A stretch of DNA of 64,000 nucleotides from Mobula hypostoma (lineage: Eukaryota): positions 20,400,001 to 20,464,000 of the forward strand of contig NC_086118.1 in assembly GCF_963921235.1 (NCBI RefSeq), in the 5' to 3' direction. The notes under the pieces were generated by a model. The model was given only the letters and a program-made list of their open reading frames with translations, searched no databases and was not told the origin of the DNA. Each line of letters opens with the position of its first letter. Position 1 is the stretch's first letter. Position numbers and translations under genes: made by a program. Of this stretch, positions 40,261-54,150 are shown in pieces.

Positions 40261-40969
40261 ATCTTAATTGTAATTTTTAACTATCTCCGTTTGATCGGAG
40301 GTTGTGAATTTGTCGGCCTTAATTTTTTTTTTGCCTTATATGGGCAGAAAAGTTTATTTTTGATTAATTAATATGGTTGCTAAACTTTCTTTCTATCTGC
40401 GTCATTCCTTTCTTTTTCCCAGGGGATTCTGGGTGGTTATTCCCTCAGCGTCATTCTATGTATTTCCTTTGAGGCCTTAAATTTTGTAGTTTTTAAATCT
40501 TTTTTTGTAGGTTTTCATAACTAGTTTATGTTAATAATTTCATTTCTTTTTTTGTTTATTCATAGGGTCTGGGGTTTGTTGTTTTTTTTATATTTTCTGG
40601 CTTTTTCGCTGTTATATTAAGTGCTTGTTTTAATTCATTTACTTTTTTTTATTTTTTACTGTTTTATAACTGGCTGATCTTTTTTATATTTACACTTTTT
40701 TTTAGGGAGCGTCTATCGGAAGTCATGGGGGTAGATTTAGTGCTTGCTTCTTTCTGGCTGGTCTGTGTTAGATTTAGCCTTGGGGTCATGGGGTGGGGGG
40801 TGGTGGGAGGGACTTCACGTTTTAGTTTTTTTCTTCTTGGGCTATGTATACTATTGAAGTATTGGTTGCGTTCTCCTTCCCGGTATCTCTTATTTGTTCT
40901 GTTCCCTTTCCGGGTTCGTGGGTCGAGCCGATCGTCAATCCTCCTTGTTGCGGGTTGATTTTAGGGTCT

Positions 40970-43900
40970 ATGGAGTCTATTATTAATTTTGTCTCCTGGA
41001 ATACTAATGGTCTTAACCATCTTACTAAAAGGAAAAAAGGTTTTTAAAGTGTTCCGGAGACCTAAAGTACAAATTTTATTTTTACAAGAGACTCATGTGC
41101 GGAGGGGGGACAGACTACATTTTTTTAAATTCTGGAAGGGACAACAGTTTCATTCAAACTCTAACGCTAAGATTTGAGGCATCTCTATTTTTATAGACTC
41201 TTCAGTTACTTTTATACAACATGATATTATCTCTGATCCGAATGGTAGATTTCTACTGGTTAGTGGTCTACTATTTAATAAAAAGGTAGTTTTGGTTAAT
41301 GTTTATGCTCCCAATATGGACTGTCCGGAATTTTATAAATCATTATTCAATCAGTTCCCGAATTTGAATGAGTTTTCATTGATCTGGGGCGGAGATCTTA
41401 ATACCTCTTTATCTCCAGCTTTGGACCGTTCGGCTCCTCTACGGACCTTACCTAATAAATCTGCAACTTTGATTAACTCATTCCTCTCTGATTCTGGGTC
41501 GACGGACATTTGGCGTTTTTTGCATCCTCAGGAAAAAGATTTTTCTTTTTTTTCCACATGTTCACCATTCCTATTCAAGAATTGATTATTTCTTTATTGA
41601 CTCTCGTCTTATTTCTTCAGTGATTAAATGTGATTATGACTCTATAACCATTTCGGATCATGCTCCACTTAAGCTTTCTATTAAAATTCAGGCCAATACA
41701 CAAAATAATAGACAATGGCGTTTTAATTCGCTGTTGCTTCAGGACTCGGACTTTGTTAACTTTATGAATGAACAGATTGATCTTTTTTTTACAATCAACT
41801 ATACAGAGGATATTTCTGTGAACATTCTTTGGGATGCTTTTAAAGCTTATATTCGTGGTCAAATTATTTTGTATTCTGCTGCTTTGAGGAAGAAGCTGAA
41901 GCAGGAGGAGTTGGTAATTGTGGACAAGATTAAGGAAATTGATAAGAAATATGTTACAGCTCCCTCTGAGGAGTTATATAAACAAAGAACTGAACTTCAA
42001 ATGGAACACAGTTTATTACTTTCGTCCTCGATTGTAAACCAATTAAAGAAAACAAGAAGTGAATTTTATGTACACAGTGACAAAATTGGCAAACTGTTGG
42101 CTAACCAATTGAAGTCTAATTATGCTAAATCTCAAATTAATCAGAATTATAATCAAAATGACCAACTGATACTTGATCATGCGGGGATTAATCAAACCTT
42201 CTTTGATTTTTATTCTTCCTTATATCAATCAGAGTCTCCTCGAGACTCTAAATATATGAATGATTTTTTAGATAACCTAGACTTCCCTGAGATTTCACAG
42301 GATATGTCTTCTATGCTAGATACTCCCATTACCACTGATGAGATTAAGAATGTTATTTCCTCTATGAACTTGGGGAAAGCTCCTGGCCCTGATGGGTTTA
42401 CCGTAGAATTTTATAAATGTTTTGCACCTTCATTAATCCCTTGGTTTTGTAGGGTTTTCGAGGCTTCATTAAAACTTGGTAAACTTCCTGAATCTTTCAA
42501 TAGAGCGTCAATCTCTCTAATATTAAAGAAGGATAAAGATCCTGCTCAATGTGCATCTTATAGACCGATATCTTTATTAAATGTTGATTCTAAAATTTTT
42601 TCTAAGTTATTAGCAAACAGATTAGAAAAAGTACTTCCTTTTATTATTTCGGAAGTCCAAACGGGTTTTATTAAAGGTCGTTACTCTTTTTATAACATTC
42701 GCACACTGTTAAATATTGTTTATACCCCCTCACAAAATGTTCCTGAGTGTGTTATCTCTTTAGATGCTGAGAAAGCTTTTGATAGAGTAGAATGGCCTCA
42801 CTTATTTAAGGTGCTTGAAATGTTTAATTTTAGCTCGAAATTTATATCCTGGATCAAACTGTTATATCATTCTCCTGTGGCCTTGGTCCGTACTAACTCT
42901 CTAAGCTCACCTTTTTTCCCTCTTTTTCGAGGTACTTGACAAGGTTGTCCTGTTAGTCCTTTATTATTTGATATTGCATTAGAACCTCTTGCAATTGCCA
43001 TTCGAGAATCTCCAAATATTACTGGGATAACTCGGGACTTAAAGTCCCATAAAATATCACTCTATGCTGATGACTTACTTTTACATATTTCTAATCCTCA
43101 AAAATCCATCCCTGCTGTTTTAGAGTTATTAGCACAATTTAGTCTCTTTTCAGGTTATAAATTAAATCTTAGTAAGAGTGAACTTTTCCCGATTAATAAA
43201 CAACTTTCCTTATATCATAACTTTCTGTTTAAATTGATTAATAATTATTTTTCATATCTTGGGATTAAAATTACTTGTAAATACAAAGATTTATTTAAGA
43301 TTAACTTTTTACCCTTAATTGACCATATTATTCAACTTTCATCTAAATGGTTTCCTTTATATTTAACTTTGATTGGTCGTATTAATGCAGTTAAGATGTT
43401 TTTTCTGCCAAAATTTCTATATATATTTCAGGCATTACCGATTTTTGTTCCAAAATCTTTTTTTGAGAAAGTTGACTCAAAAATTTCTTCATTTATTTGG
43501 CAAAATAAAAACCTGAGACTGGGTAAAATACATTTACAGAAAGCTAAGAGAGATGGAGGTTTAGCATTACCTAACTTTAGATTCTATTATTGGGCAATTA
43601 ATATTCGACATATGAAATTTTGGTTACTTGACCAGGATATACTATCCATTCCTAAATGGGTAGCATTGGAATTACAATCTGTTCAGGGCTATACACTTGG
43701 CTCTATTTTAGGTTCCTCTCTTCCTTTTGATTTGAAATGCTTCAAACAGGTATCTAACCCGATAGTTAAATATACCTTACGTATTTGGTTTCAATTCAGA
43801 AAATTTTTTGATCTTAACCAATTTGGGATAACAATTCCTATTTTAGGTAACATTTTTTCCTCCCTCTTTTACGGATCGTGCTTTTCAAATTTGGAAGACT

Positions 43901-44742
43901 AAGGGTATTTCACGGTTTTTGGATTTATTTTTAGATGGTTCCCTTATGTCTTTTGAACAATTATCTAATAAATATAATTTATCAAGAATACATTTTTTTA
44001 GATATCTACAAGTTAGGAATTTCCTAAGTACTATACTTCTTTTCCAATGCTTCCTCCTACATACATTTTAGATACTATAATTAACCTTAATCCATGTCAG
44101 AAAGGTGCATCGGCTATGATTTATAATATTATTATGAAACTTAGGAAAGCTCCATTTGATAAGATTAGGGTAGATTGGGAACAGGAATTGGGGTCTATCA
44201 TTTCCGTGGATGATTGGGGGCAGATTTTACAATTAGTCAATACTTCCTCTATCTGTGCTAAACATTCCCTAATTCAATTTAAAGTTGTTCATAGAGCACA
44301 TATGTCCAAAGATAAATTAGCTTGCTTTTAGTTTCATATTAATCCTTTTTGTGATAGATGTCCGGGGCAGATAGCCTCTTTAACTCATATGTTTTGGTCT
44401 TGTCCTACTCTGGAGACTTTTTGGAGAGACATTTTTAATGTTATCTCAAAGGTATTGAATATAGATATCTCTCCTCATCCTATTACTGCTATCTTTGGAC
44501 TACCTAAAATTTCCAGTAATCTTTCTCCTTCAGCCCGTAGAATGATTGCATTTCTTACTTTAATGGCGAAAAGATGTATCTTACAACATTGGAAAGAGCT
44601 TAATGCTCCAACCACCTTTTTTGGGTTCTCTCAGACGATATTATGCTTGAATTTGGAGAAAATTAGAAGCAATCTTTATGATTCCTCACTTAAATTTGAA
44701 CAGACCTGGAGATCTTTTATTCAATATTTTCATTTAATGTAA
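40970..44742 (+). pseudogene. L1 ORF2 (endonuclease, RT, CCHC), disrupted
   Basis: SWNTNGLN, FLQETH, VNVYAPN, GGDLN, ISDHAP, KAPGPDG, YRPISLLN, SLDAEKAFDRVEW, YADD (43063), CDRC..HMFWSC. Several stops and frameshifts. Confidence 0.92.
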
Positions 44743-46800
44743 TTTTTTTTTCTTTTTTTTTGCTCCATATTTATATACCCTTCTTGTTTTTTTTACTGTT
44801 TTTAATGGAGGTCGGGTTTGAGGACGTGATTTTAAGTTCTTTACCTCTACTTGGTTCCAAGTTAGCCCATTGCTTTGCTTTGCTTTTAGTTAGTTGCACG
44901 GTGGGTTTTTTTTTCCTTTTCTCTATTGAGATATATATAAATTAGTATACTATTATGTTACCTTAGTATGTTATGTTTAAATTACATTGTATCACTTTTT
45001 TTTCTGTATTAATATCTCTTGTAATTTTATTATATTCTGACAGTGTATTAGTGCCTATATGGCTTACCTTTTTGTATACTTATTCAATAAAAAGATTTAA
45101 AAAGAAAGAAAGAAACATGTTCATAAAATAATAAATAAGTAGTGCAAAAAGAAATCAAAAGTAGTGAGGTAGTTTTCATGAGTTCATTGTGGTTCTGAAA
45201 TCTGATGGCTGTTCCTAAGGCATTGAGTGTGTATCTTCACGCTCTTATACCTCTGCCTTGATGATAGCAATGAGAAGGCGGTGGTGGGGTCCTTAATGAT
45301 GGGCATCTCTTTTTGAAGATGATGCTGGGGACATGAGTACCCATGATGGAGCTGGCTTTGTTTGCAACTTCCTGCAGTTTTTTCTGATTCTGTGCAGTGG
45401 CCCTAGCATGTCAGACGGTGATTGAACAAGTTAGAATGCTCTTCATGGTACATCTGTAGAAATTTGCTAGTCTTTGTTGACATACCAAATCTCCTTAAGC
45501 TTTTAATGCCTTCTTCATAATTGTATCAGTACGTTGACCCAGGATAGATCTTGGAAGCTGACGCCCAGGAATGTGAAACTGCTCTTCCTTTCCTCTGCTG
45601 ACCCTTCAATAAGGACTGGTGTGTGTTCCCTCAACTTCCCCTTCCTGAAGCCCACAATCAATGTTATGGTTTTACTGACATTGAGTGCAAGGTTTTTGCG
45701 ACACCACTCAATCTCAGATTCTGCTGACAGCAGTTGTGTCATTGTATTTATTGATGACATTTGCACTGTGCCTAGTCAGGGGGGTAGAGAGAGAATAGAG
45801 CAGTGGGTTTAGCAAGCATCCTTGCGATACACTGGTGTTGATTGTCAGCGAGGGAAAAGTATCTGATCTGTATTGACTGGTCTCCTGTTGAGGAAATCAA
45901 GGATCCAGTTGCAGAAGGAATTAGAGGCCTAGGTTTAGAAAATTGATAATATTGAGGGAATAATTGTGTTGAACGCTGAATTGTAAACAGTAAATAGTGG
46001 CCTAATGTACGTATTGCTGTTGTCCAGGTCGGCCAAGGGCAATGAAGTGCCAGTGAAATTGCAGTTGGTACTGGTCCTTGGACAGACTGTTAATTCTAGC
46101 CATGATCAACCTCTCAAACCACTTCATCACAGTAGATGTGAGTGTAATTGGACAATAGTTGTTGAGACAGCTCACCCTCCTTGAGCACCTGTATGATTGT
46201 TGCCCTTTTAAAGCAGGTGGGAACTTCTAACTATAGCAGTGAGAGATTGAACATGTCTTTGAGCACTCTAGCCAGCTGGTTGGCACAGGTTTTCAGTGCT
46301 CTACCAGGTACACCATCAGGGCCTTGCGAGAGTTCATCCTTTTGAAAGATGGTCTGATGTCAGCCTCAGAGACAAGCTATCACACATTGCCAGATATGCC
46401 AGGTGCAGTTTTATTTTCCCTTTTACAGTGTGCATAAAAGGCATTGAGCTCATCTGAGAATGAAGCATCGCAGCTATTTATGATGTTAGGTTTTGCTTTG
46501 TAAGAAGTGATCGCCTGCAAACCCTGCCAGAGTTGACATAAATCCAATTCCACCTCTAATGACACTTGGAGTTGGTTTCCCTGTTACGGTAGCCGTACGT
46601 AGGTCATACATGGACAACTTGTAGAGTTTGGATCTCCAGTCTTGAATGCCACAGATCTAGTCCTCAGCTGACTGTGAATCTTACTGTTCAGCTATGGCTT
46701 TTGATTTTAGTATGTTCTTAAAGGCACAGACTCATCCACACAGATCTTGAAGTAAATGACAACTCTAGTACACTCATTCAGATCCAAAGATGAATCCCTC

Positions 46801-48527
46801 AAAATTATAAAACCATAAGAGGATTGGGAAGCTTTTAAAAACCAGCAGAAGACAACTTTTAAAAAAAAAGTCATAAAGAAGGAAAAGATGGAATACGAAG
46901 GTAAGCTACCCAGTAATATTAAAGAGCATACCAAACGTTTATCCAGATATATAAAGTGTAAAAGAGAAGCGAGAGTAGAGATTGGACGCTGGAAGATTAT
47001 GCTGGAGAAGTAGTAATGGGTGGCCAGGAAATGGCAGATGAACTGAATAAGTATTTTGCATCTCTCTTCACTTAGGAAGACACTAGTAGTATGCTGGAGG
47101 TTTGAGAGTGTTAGGGGGCAGAAGTGTGTGATGTTGTCATCACTAAGGAGAAGGTTCTTGGGAAACTGAAAGATCTGAAGGTAGATAAGTCATCTGGTCC
47201 AGATGGTCTACACCACAGGATTCTGAAAGAGGTGACTGAAGAGATTGTGGAGGCAATAGTAATGATCTTTCAAGAATCAGTTGATTTTGACATATTTACA
47301 GAGGAACTGAAAATTGCAAATTCCATTCATCAAGAAGGGAGAGGGGCATAAGAAGGGGAAATTATAGGCCAGTTAATCTGACCTCAGTGGTTGGGAAGGT
47401 GTTGGAGTTGATTGTTAAGGGTATGGTTTTGGGGTACTTGGAGGCACATGATAAAATAGGCCGTAGTCAGCATGGTTTCCTTAAGGGAAAATCTTGCCTG
47501 ACACATCTTTTGGAATTCTTTGAAGAAATAGCAGGATGGACAAAGGGGAATCGGTAGATGTTGTGTACTTGGAATTTCAGAAGTCCTTTGACAAGGTGCC
47601 ATACAAGGCTGCTTAGCAAGTTAAGAGCCCATGGTATTACAACAGAGGTACTAGCATGGATAGAACATTGGCTGATTGGTAGGATACAGAGAGTGGGAAT
47701 AAAGGGAGCCTTTTCTGGTTGGCTGCCGGTGACTAGTAGTGTTAAACGGGTTTGATGGGATACATGTTGGGAAGTGTATGGTCTTGTAAATAAAAGCGTA
47801 GACTATTTTCTAAATGGAGAGAGAATTCAAAAATCTGAGGTGCAAATTGTCTTGGGAATCCTTGTGTAGTATAACTTAAAGATAAATTTGAAGGTTGAGT
47901 CTGTGGTGAGGAAGGCAAATGTGATGTTACCATTCATTTCAAGAGGACTAGAATATAAAAGCATGATTGCAATGTTGGGGGTTTATAAAGCACTGGTGAG
48001 GCCTCACTTGGAGTATTGTGAGCAGTTTTGGGCTCCTTATCTAAAATAGGATGTGCTGACGTTTGAGAGGGTTCAAAGGACATTCATGAAAATGATTCAG
48101 GTATTGAAAGGCTTGTCATATGAGGAGCATTTGATAGCTCTGGGCCTGTACTCCTCAGAATTCAGATGAAGAGGGGTGACCTCATTGAAACCTATCAAAT
48201 GTTGAAATGCATTGACAGAGTGGATGTGGAGAGAATATTTCCTGTGGTGGGAGACTCGGAGACCAGGGTACACAGCCTCAGAATTGAGGGGTGTCCTTTT
48301 AGAACAGAGATGAGGAATTTCTTTAGCCAGAGTTGGCTGTGGAGGCCAAATCATTTGGCATATTTAAGGCAGAGATTGATAGATTCTTGATTAGTCAGGG
48401 TATGAAGGGATACAGGGAGAAGGTAGGAGATTAGGGCTGAGAAGGAAACTGGATCTGGCATGATGAAGTGGCAGACAGATTCAGTGGGCCAAATGGCCTA
48501 CCTCTACTCCTATATCTTATGGCCTTA
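46801..48527 (+). mobile_element. CR1 LINE, 5'-truncated, degenerate
   Basis: KVLGKLKDLKVDKSSGPDGLH, SQHGFLKGKSCL, RGDLIETYQMLK. 3' end tcctatatcttatggcctta. Confidence 0.9.
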
Positions 48528-49640
48528 CAAGACATAGACCATTCAGCCCATTGAGTCTGCTCCACTAGGCTAGTTTATTATCTCTCTCAACCCCATTCTC
48601 CTGCTTTTACCCTGTAACCCTTGATGCCCTCACTAATCAAGAACCTATCAACCTCTTTTTTTTTTAATATACCCAGTGACTTGGCCTCCACAGCTGTCAA
48701 GTTCACCACCTTCTGGCTAAAGAAATTCTTCATCTGTTCTAAAGGTTGACGTTCTATTCTGAGGCTGTTTGCTATGGTGCTAGGCAGCCCCACAATAGGA
48801 AACATCTTCTCCATGCCCTTTCTATTTAAGCCTTTCAATATTTGATAAGCTTCAATGAGATTCCCCCCCCCCCCGCATTCTTCTAAACTCCAGCGAGTAC
48901 AGACCCAAAGCCATCAAATGCTCCTCATACGTTAACCCTTTCTTTCCTGGAATCATTTTCGTAAACTTGGCCCTCTGACCCTCTCCAATGCCAGCTCACC
49001 CTTAGACGTGGGGCTAAAATCTGTTCACAATATTCCTAATGTATTTTAACCAACACTGTATAATGTCTCGGCATTGTATTCTTTTATATTATAGTCCTCT
49101 CCAAATAAATGCTAATATTACATTTGCCTTCCTTACCATTGACTCAATCTGTAAGTTAACCCTTGGGGACTCCCAAGTCCCTTTGCGCCTCTGCTGAATT
49201 TTCTCCCCATTTAGAAGGCAGTCTACAACTTTATTCCTTATACCAAAATGCATAACTATATGCTTTACTACACAGCATTGTATCTACCACTTCTTTACCC
49301 ATTCTACTTATTTGTAAAAGTCCTTCTGCAGACTCCCAGATTCTTCAGTAAACCCCACCCCTCCACCTATTTTGTATTGTCCGCTAACCATCAATTCTAT
49401 CAACCAGATCATTAATATGCAACATTAAAAGAAATGGTCCCAACGCCAACCCCTGTGGAACAGCACTGGTCAGTGGCTACCATCTGGAAAAGGCCCCGTT
49501 TTTTCCTCACCCTTTGCCTCCTGCCAGACAACTGATCTTCTATCCATGCTAGTATCTTTTGAAAATACCATGAGCTCTTGCCTGTTTAGTAGCTTCATGT
49601 ACGTTGTTAAAGGCCTTCTGAAAATTCAGGTGCACAAAAC
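48528..49640 (-). mobile_element. CR1 LINE, 5'-truncated, degenerate, tail-to-tail with the previous copy
   Basis: Minus strand MKGLNRKGMEKMFPIVG..NFFSQKVVNL..GIKGY and LNFQKAF. 3' end at caagacatagaccattcagccc. Confidence 0.85.
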
Positions 49641-52594
49641 ACCGGTTTAAAACAATCCTGTAAGTGGTCCTCAGTCTCTGCCTGTATGTCAGGAGTAGAA
49701 GTACAGCCAGATGAGTGGACTTGCCAAAGGGCAATCGTGAGTGCTCTTGATGGTGGTGCATCAGTGGTAAAGGTGTTGGTTCCTCTGGTTTCACAGATGA
49801 CATGTTGATGGTAGTTGGTCAGGGACTTCTTCAAGCTTATCTTTGTTCTTTGCTAATTATGGTGGTATCACAAAAGATAACTTTCAAAGTGAGCACCAAT
49901 TCAGTTGCTTAAATGATCTTGAGAATTGAGTTGTTTTGTTCTGGAACTTGGTATCAGGGTTCTAGTTAGAAGGGAGCCTTTTGTAATTTGCTGCTGAAAC
50001 CTTTGTCCATGTCTCTAAATTTTAATAATAAAGTCAAATTCATCTAAAATTGCTTCCTATCTTAGCATGTGCTTCCCAACTATCACCTCTCTGCCTTCTC
50101 TTCCATATTACCCAATTTTTTAAAAAATCATCTCATTCTTATTTAAACTCTCTCCCTATTTCTGTAACCATTTACAGGCCTAGGTAGCCAGTCAGTATCC
50201 TTCCCCCGCCCCCCCCCCACCATTTCCCTATTCTGTGTGCTTCTTTTGCCACAATTTTCATTGTCCTACCATTCAATGAGACATCTGTAGCAGCCAAGAG
50301 TGAAGGTTTAAACTCTCCTCTCTTAATCTTTCCTGCCCTATTTTTTTGTTACAACTTAACCAAAGTTTGGTCAATTTTTGAAATTATATATTTAGCTTTT
50401 GATGTCAGATTTGTTAATGACCCTATGAAGTGCAATAAAGGGGTAAATTACTATGTTACAAAATTGCTATGTAAGTGTTATTTATTGTTTAGGGTGAAAA
50501 CCTTTTTCTTCCTCTTGGTTAACTGTGGGCATTTAAATGTGTTAATTGAATTTGCTGTCTTAAGTAAAAGATTTTAATTTGATTGAAGAGCTTTGGTTAG
50601 TACATGAAAACTTTGCTGTTTAAAGATCATATCTGAATATTAATTGTTTTCACACTCAATGTAATGTACAGAGAAATAGCTTATAAGTCACGGGTTGGGC
50701 CACAGCTGGATTTTTGGTATTAAGTCCTATAATGACAGGTGTGTACTAGTAATGAAAAGGCATAGCTAGAGGACTGTTTTGTTGATGTTGTAATGCTTTA
50801 GCGAATGCTGTGTCTGGAAGGGGTGAAAAATTCAAAAGTAGGTTCCAAGGGGGAATCAGATATGTACTTAAAATGATGTCACTGTTATCAAAGATCTGGC
50901 ATAACCACAAAAGATATACTGGCTTCCTTCTTTGCTCTAATCTTTTATGAATATTCTTTTTCAATAATAGATTATACTTGTACAATAAAATTCAGTATAT
51001 TTCTGATTATCAAAAATATTTACCGTATATTCGAGGATCCATGCATTGCACACTCTCCAAATCCAACCGATTTTTTTTTTGTCAAAATGCCCTAACATGA
51101 ATAATGTGCTGTTTTTCTGCTGAAGTTGTGCTTTGTTTTTCTCCCTCGCTACTTTGAAGAATAAATTTCCTCACACTAAGTGAGTGTGAAAATCATTGAG
51201 CCAAGGGGACATTACTTCTAGTTTTGGCAAGCAGCACATCCTGTATCTCTAATCTTTTATTGTTTTTTGTGCTTTTGCTGCTACATTTGGTGCTTTTGTC
51301 CCTGGCACATTTAATGTAAAGAAGTTTGAGGAGAAAAGACTTGATAAATGAGTACACATACTTAATCATTGAGACAAAGGCAGAATTTTGAATGGGCTTT
51401 TACGATAACTTAAAAAAAACAAGACAACTTGAATTAGTATTTAGTAAGCAGCATGAAATGTAATTACAAACTTAAACTAATATTTTAAGCAGGACAGTTT
51501 AAATCAAACAACCATTTTGGAAGTTTATCATGTTGTGGGGGTGGGTAGGGTAGGAAAAGAATTTTGCGGGGGGCGGGTGAGGAAATAGTACATGCTAAAA
51601 TTACATGTATTCTGGATTATTTTTATTGTTGCCTGCATGGAGATTACTGTGTCTGTAAATTTGTGGTGGTAATTATGTTTTTATGGCATTTTAATTTTAT
51701 ATATGCAATTAGTTGGAAAAAATCTTTCTTTTTTTTCATCCACTCATTCCAAAGTTGTCATGGGCTTTCAGCAAAAGAAAAGGTAAGAAAGAAGCTGTAT
51801 TTCCCTAGTTTTGTCTTTGTCTTCAGTGTCTGGAAAGACTCAAATTCCAAAGGCATTACATGAGCAGCTTTAATGAATGAATGTCTAGCTTTGGAACAAC
51901 AGATGTGACGTGTAGCTTTATAAGCAGCTTCCTATTGATTGCTTTCAACTTCTTTTGTGCTCATTCAAGGAGAAGCAAGAGGAGTTACTTTAGACAAAAA
52001 AACCTACTGGAAAGCAACCAATTTTGTTGGGCTTAGAAAAGAAGGATAGTCATGAAATTACTTATTTTGTACCATCACCAAAATGATGTCCCAAGCTTCC
52101 ACAGAACATAATTTTATTACATGAAGAGCTTTATGATGATGTAGTTTTATTTCCTCTTTGTTCATCATTCCTTTGTTATTTTCAGCAGTTACTTCAGAAG
52201 CCACCTTGGAAGTTCTGTCGTTAGAAGTACATAATTGCTTGCAAGCATGGAAATTCTCCTCGAGTCTCCTTTGGTAAAGTTATTTTGAAAGGGAGGTTCT
52301 TAAATTTGCCTTTTAAAATAAATTGTACGTGTGCAGCACTCGACTTTTTTTGCAAGAGAAAAATTCTGTCCTGTGCTATTGGTCACTACACGTGGATTGC
52401 CTGTTTGTGACTGTTTTTAAACTTTAACTTGCAAATCTCATGGTATTTTAGCAGCATTTATTTATTTGATTTTAGTGGTGACTACTCTGAAGTTCATTTT
52501 GTTTGTGGCCCTTTTGCTTTCCTGTTCACATTCTACTTTGTACCCAGAAAGGAACATACAGATTGATGCTTGTATATTGTTAATGACCTTGATC

Positions 52595-52737
52595 TATTAA
52601 ATTTTAAATCTATTCAATATACATATACTGTAATTGATTTTTTTAAACTTTTTTCTTCTATATTATATATTGCATTAAGCTGCAGCTGCTAAGTTAACAA
52701 ATTTCACAACATGCCGATGATGATAAATCTGATTCTG
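52595..52737 (+). mobile_element. Rex1-type 3' UTR fragment
   Basis: Matches 24255-24404 (tattgcatt..gctgctaagttaacaaatttcac..gataaatctgattctga). Confidence 0.75.
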
Positions 52738-53595
52738 AGTTGGAATACTGTGGCTTTGCTGCAATAATTTTCATCAGTAACAATTTATATATTGAGCAGA
52801 CCTCAAAATGTCAATAGAAAATAATGAGATAATTTTTTAATTGAAAAGGTATGGGCTTTTTCGTTGAAAGAAAATTAGGAAGTGACAGACGATGATGTTA
52901 TGAAATAATGCATTGGTTGTGTAAGGTAGATGTGGATGAATCCAAAACTACAGGACATGGACAAAGTCATTATGAATCTTCGGGATTGAGACATTGCTTG
53001 GCACCTTTACCATTCTTGGAGCCTGATGTCCACAAGATTAAATCAAGAGTTGTTGAAATTTGCATTGTTTCTTCCATATTTGTTCTCTCTGACCTGTTCC
53101 ATGCATTTCCTGGGAATCTGGGTCAGACTTATTAAGTGAATGAATGTTTTAGTAAGCTGTGAAGTTGCATGAAAATTCCAGCTTGATTTGTGACTGCCTG
53201 TGAAATTGTCCTGGAATTTTAAAGAATTTCTGGATAAAACTTCAATGATTAACTTAAGTTGAAAACACAACTGCGGAGGACAAAGCTAACTACATCTGTA
53301 TTCGGGAGATTAGTTGCTTTTTTATCTACGTGTGAAAGAGAGGCTCTGTTGAGCAGCAGTGAGATTTTCTGCATACCATCCACTATGGCCTGTCATTTAT
53401 TTAACCAGCCCACAGCTGGAGGAGGCTGGAGGAGATTTGTAACAAGGAACTGGGCCTGAAAATTAATCCATCTATTATGAAGTTTTTATATCACTTCAGA
53501 TGTGATTAACTGTTTACATTATTTTCTTTGCATATACTGAATTTCTGAAATTATTGATTAAACAAATTGGAAAATGTACTACCTTTTGGAGTCAA

Positions 53596-53775
53596 AAGTT
53601 CAAAGTAAATTTATTATCAAAGTATATGTATGTCACATATACAACCCTGAGATTAATTTTCTTTCGGGCAATCACAGTAAAGACAGCAACTAGTATGCAC
53701 AAAATGCATAAAGAAGAAAATAGAAATAATAATAAATAAGCAATAAATATTAACAACATGTATACTGAGATCACA
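53596..53775 (-). mobile_element. Rex1-type 3' UTR fragment
   Basis: aagttcaaagtaaatttattatcaaagtatatgtatgtcacatatacaaccctgag matches 13688 and 54651. Confidence 0.7.
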
Positions 53776-53819
53776 TAACGATCTTCACTCAGAAGATATT
53801 ATCCTAGTTATCTGCTTGA

Positions 53820-54150
53820 ACCAATGGGTGTGGCTCATGTTAGTGTCTAGCAAAATAGACTTGTAGAATGAGGCCTTGATGCATTGGTAAAAAGTCTAAG
53901 GAAATTAGAGGCATATAGTTCTGCTGTAGTTCTCTGAGGAAAAAATATTACCAGGTGGACAAAGGTTGAAGAACATTCTCAAAATCATCTTGAGCAAATG
54001 TAGAGGATCTTCATCCATTCCAGGGAATCCTTGGACGAAGTGGAGAAGCTTTTCAAGTTGCCACACAAGCCCAGCACAAGCAGTAGAAGGAGTGCACAAC
54101 CTCACCCACCAATCACCGCCTGTAGTGAAATCTGCAAAACCCATTTTAAC
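53820..54150 (+). mobile_element. Degenerate RTE LINE 3' fragment
   Basis: LPGGQRLKNILKIILSKC..W.KWRS resembles the RTE C-terminal GGQRKRFKD.LK..LK.C motif. Confidence 0.45.

Larger units (their letters stand above)
39246..45110 (+). mobile_element. Full-length L1-clade LINE (about 5.9 kb) with 12-bp TSD
   Basis: TSD agaaacatgttc at 39234-39245 and 45111-45122; 5' gaggggacttccgg; ORF1, long spacer, ORF2; AATAAA near 45086 followed by an A/AAAG tail. Confidence 0.95.
37716..49840 (-). mobile_element. Rex1/Babar LINE broken into four pieces (37716-37748, 39173-39245, 45111-46800, about 49640-49840) by nested insertions
   Basis: Tail agaatctgaatcaggtttattatcac at 37716; RT remnants (LNVSKT..LIVGFRKGK..EHTPVLIEGS; LWQGLQAITSYKAK; RDSSLDLNE) at 45.2-46.8 kb; endonuclease-region remnants (EDHLQDCF, FGKSTHLAVLLL, LTNYHQHVICETRG) at 49.64-49.83 kb. 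Confidence 0.75.
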
